Source: Amoebophrya sp. A120
Taxonomy: Eukaryota; Protista; Dinoflagellata
Direction of reading: 5' to 3'
DNA length: 64,000 nt
Assembly (NCBI GenBank): GCA_905178155.1
Contig: CAJINV010000015.1
Span: 1,542,538 to 1,606,537, forward strand
The stretch's first letter is position 1. Every line of letters begins with the position of its first letter. The notes beneath the pieces are model-generated. The model was not told the origin of the DNA. It made no database searches and saw nothing but the letters and a program-made list of their open reading frames with translations. The position numbers and the translations under genes are program-made. Positions 61,576 through 64,000 of this stretch are shown piece after piece.

Positions 61576-64000
61576 ATGTACCAGTACCCGCAAAACCCCC
61601 ACGGCGGCCTAGCCGGTTTCCACCATATGGCCAACGCCAACCTTATCCCCGGTTCCGGCTTACAAATCCCGGCAGGCCAAGCACCACCCATGCCCGGGCA
61701 AGTCGTCCCGCCGCAATTACTGGGACGAGGAATGATCGGGGCCAACCTGGGCAGCAATCCTATGGTGCCACCGCCACCACCTCCAGCATCCGGCATGAAC
61801 TACCCCGACGTTGTCAGAACAGCTTCAAATGCCAACCAAACTTCTTACTCGTCCACATCCCAAACCCTCCTCACCCCTTCCCTGGCCCAAGCGACCGGCG
61901 TCGTGCAGAAACCGGCCCCGAACCTGACCGCCCGGTCGCAAGTCAGCTGCATCTACTGGTGCTACGGGCACTGTGTTCGCGGGGATTCCTGTCACTACAA
62001 GCACGACCCCAATCACTTCGAAATCTACAAGGGCCAGTATGAGAGTACACAACTCCCCCTCCCGCCCCTCATTTGTCATGCAGCACCCGACAACATCTAG
62101 TCGCTGCCCTGTGGCACTGTTTCCATGACAAATTCCGGAAGCCCAAACAGTACTACATCAGGTATATCAATTTGTCATGCATATGCTCCACGTGTGCTGG
62201 TGTTTGTATTGCTGTTCATGCCATACACATGAGGGGGACAGGGAGTTGTGCACTCTCATAGCCAGCCGCCGGGCTTGCCGCCCCCCTCCGGCGGCCCCCG
62301 CCCGCAAACCGGCATGCACGCGGCCGGGGCGGTGGCAGGAGCTGGTGGAACCACTGCGGGCGGGCTTAAACCAGGCTTGCTCCCTGCGGGCATGTATCAA
62401 CTGCAAAAATGTCTGGGTCTGGAAACTTGTAATGCTGCGTTGGGAATAGTGAATCAATGCTCTATAATGCGCAGGCAAGCATGAGAAATACAAATATCTG
62501 CGCTTCTTTATGACAGGCAAAAGGGTCTGTTCTTGGACACGCATCACAAACTTTTTGGTCATGCCAGACAAGCATGACAAAATCTCAAATCTTCCAGACC
62601 AAGACATTTTTGCATTTGATAGCATGGTCGCGGGACAACCGAATGATATCCGGAACGCGATCTCGGGCGCGGAGAAGGAACTGTCGACGAAGGTTTTGGC
62701 CAGCATAATACCCGGCTTTGCCGGATCCACAGGGACTGCTGCAGGGACCAACGGGAAGACATTAAACGGGGGCGACCAGCAAGTGGCCCTAGACGAAGCG
62801 GCACTGAATCCTCTGCTACTCGGGCAACAAATCCTGGTTAACGCAGCGGCGGTGGCGGCGACGAGTATAATAATGTGTTTTTGAGTGATCATCAACATCT
62901 GTTTCTGTAGGAATGCTTGGTCAACATCCGCTCGTCTAGTTTGGGCTTAGGGTTTAGGGTCACCAGAAAAAGAATTTCAAATCACAAAGACACACATCAT
63001 CACCCCCACCAGGTACGGCCCAGTTGACCGGTGGGCACCTCGGGCTCGCGACCGCGCCCATGAAACTCACCGATTTGAACAACATCGACTGTGGCCAGCA
63101 GCGGTACGTTGGCATTGTGAAGTCGTTTGACAAGTTGAAGCAACTCGGCTACCTGCAGGCGGACGTTTTATCTAATCGCTTCATCGGTTACGACACCCCA
63201 CAGAAAATGGAAGTGGCGGTTATGAAAGAGGATTTCCAGCGGCTGAACCTGTACGCGGGCTGCATCGTTTCCTTCCAACTCGCGATATTCGCGCCGGACC
63301 ACAACGGCAGCTTCCGCGGCAAGGAAGAGCTGGAAGAAGCGGCGGCGGTTGGGAGTAGTGCTGGGTTGAAAAAACTGCCCTCGGTCATGGAGCTCGGCGG
63401 GGAGAAGAAACCAATCGTATAAATGAAGATGGATTCTCATTCTTTACTTACACGGCTTTTTTTTTTGATTTGGTGTCAAGCTCATGCACTGTATTTGAAC
63501 CGTTTGAAATTGTTGATGAGGTAAATCAATCACTACATTCGATTTCGAAAGACGTTGTGCAAGAAAAGCAGGAGTGCAAAATAGCATCAATTTCATCAAC
63601 CTCAACTTTTATTCCAGGCCGAACAAGTCGAGCTGGTCGACCCGATGTTGTTCGTCCCGGGCATGCCGAAGGTCGTAGCCAAGAAAAAAACGAAGAAGAA
63701 CCGGCAAGCCCTGGACGAACTGGAAAAAAACCTGCCAAACGCGATCGACTTGGCGCAGATTCTGAAAGACGTGGAAAACGTGGCGGAATTGGTTGAAAGC
63801 GAGCTCTTTGTCGTGGAAAAAGAAATTTTAACCCGGGACTTAAAGAACCTCGAGGAGCTGAAACGTGAAGAGCGAAGGTCGTTGAAGAGAATGAGGCGGG
63901 AACTGAAAGAAAAGGCGAGCAAAGATACAACTGGAGGCCGCGGCGGTGACAAGGACAAGAACAAAGGAGCTGCTGATGATGACGACAAGAGACGGAGTAG
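61576..64000 (+). CDS. CCCH zinc finger plus cold-shock/OB-like RNA-binding protein (runs off the window end)
   Basis: SCIYWCYGHCVRGDSCHYKHDP; RYVGIVKSFDKLKQLGYL..CIVSFQL; GT-AG introns 62865-63012 and 63417-63617; 2 introners; ATG at 61576/61577. Confidence 0.72.
62038..62260. mobile_element. Introner family B
   Basis: TSD GCCAG/GCCAG. Confidence 0.92.
62395..62621. mobile_element. Introner family A
   Basis: TSD GCATG/GCATG. Confidence 0.92.

Noticed and set aside
837-62621. Recurrent peptides CKYVWVW, QTQTYLQ, PDPDIFA and LQKCLGLE in many short ORFs, suggesting a repeated protein domain
   Set aside because: They are translations of the family A TIR in different frames and strands, not protein.
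837-62621. CRISPR-like or bacterial REP/IS interpretation of the repeats
   Set aside because: The repeats are inverted pairs with TSDs dispersed in eukaryotic intron-containing genes; there is no repeat-spacer array, cas gene or transposase.
455-62621. Assignment of the elements to a named transposon superfamily
   Set aside because: No transposase ORF is present; TAT ends and a 5-bp TSD alone are not enough to name one.
62943-62960. CTTAGGGTTTAGGG telomere-like sequence
   Set aside because: Only two units inside an intron; likely chance.

Overview
Eukaryotic genomic DNA, very probably from a parasitic dinoflagellate-lineage protist such as Amoebophrya/Syndiniales. That assignment is inferred from the intron architecture, not from a database hit. 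About 11-12 protein-coding genes all lie on the + strand: three Gly/Pro/Met-rich cold-shock-domain RNA-binding proteins, an ALG6 glucosyltransferase, a PP2A catalytic subunit, a PAN/apple-domain membrane protein, a J-domain protein, a kinase-like gene and several unknowns. The dominant feature is about 60 short (147-411 bp) non-autonomous MITE-like elements in at least 7 sequence families. They start TAT and end ATA (a minority carry single-base end variants), have long terminal inverted repeats (TIRs), are flanked by a 5-bp target-site duplication (TSD), and carry repeated TGTNATGC/GCATNACA octamers. Most sit inside coding exons. Removing the element plus one TSD copy rejoins open reading frames and rebuilds conserved motifs (RRM, CSD, ALG6, PP2A), so they behave as non-GT-AG, orientation-independent 'introner' introns. 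No transposase is visible in the window. All coordinates were read by eye and gene models are manual reconstructions without transcript data.
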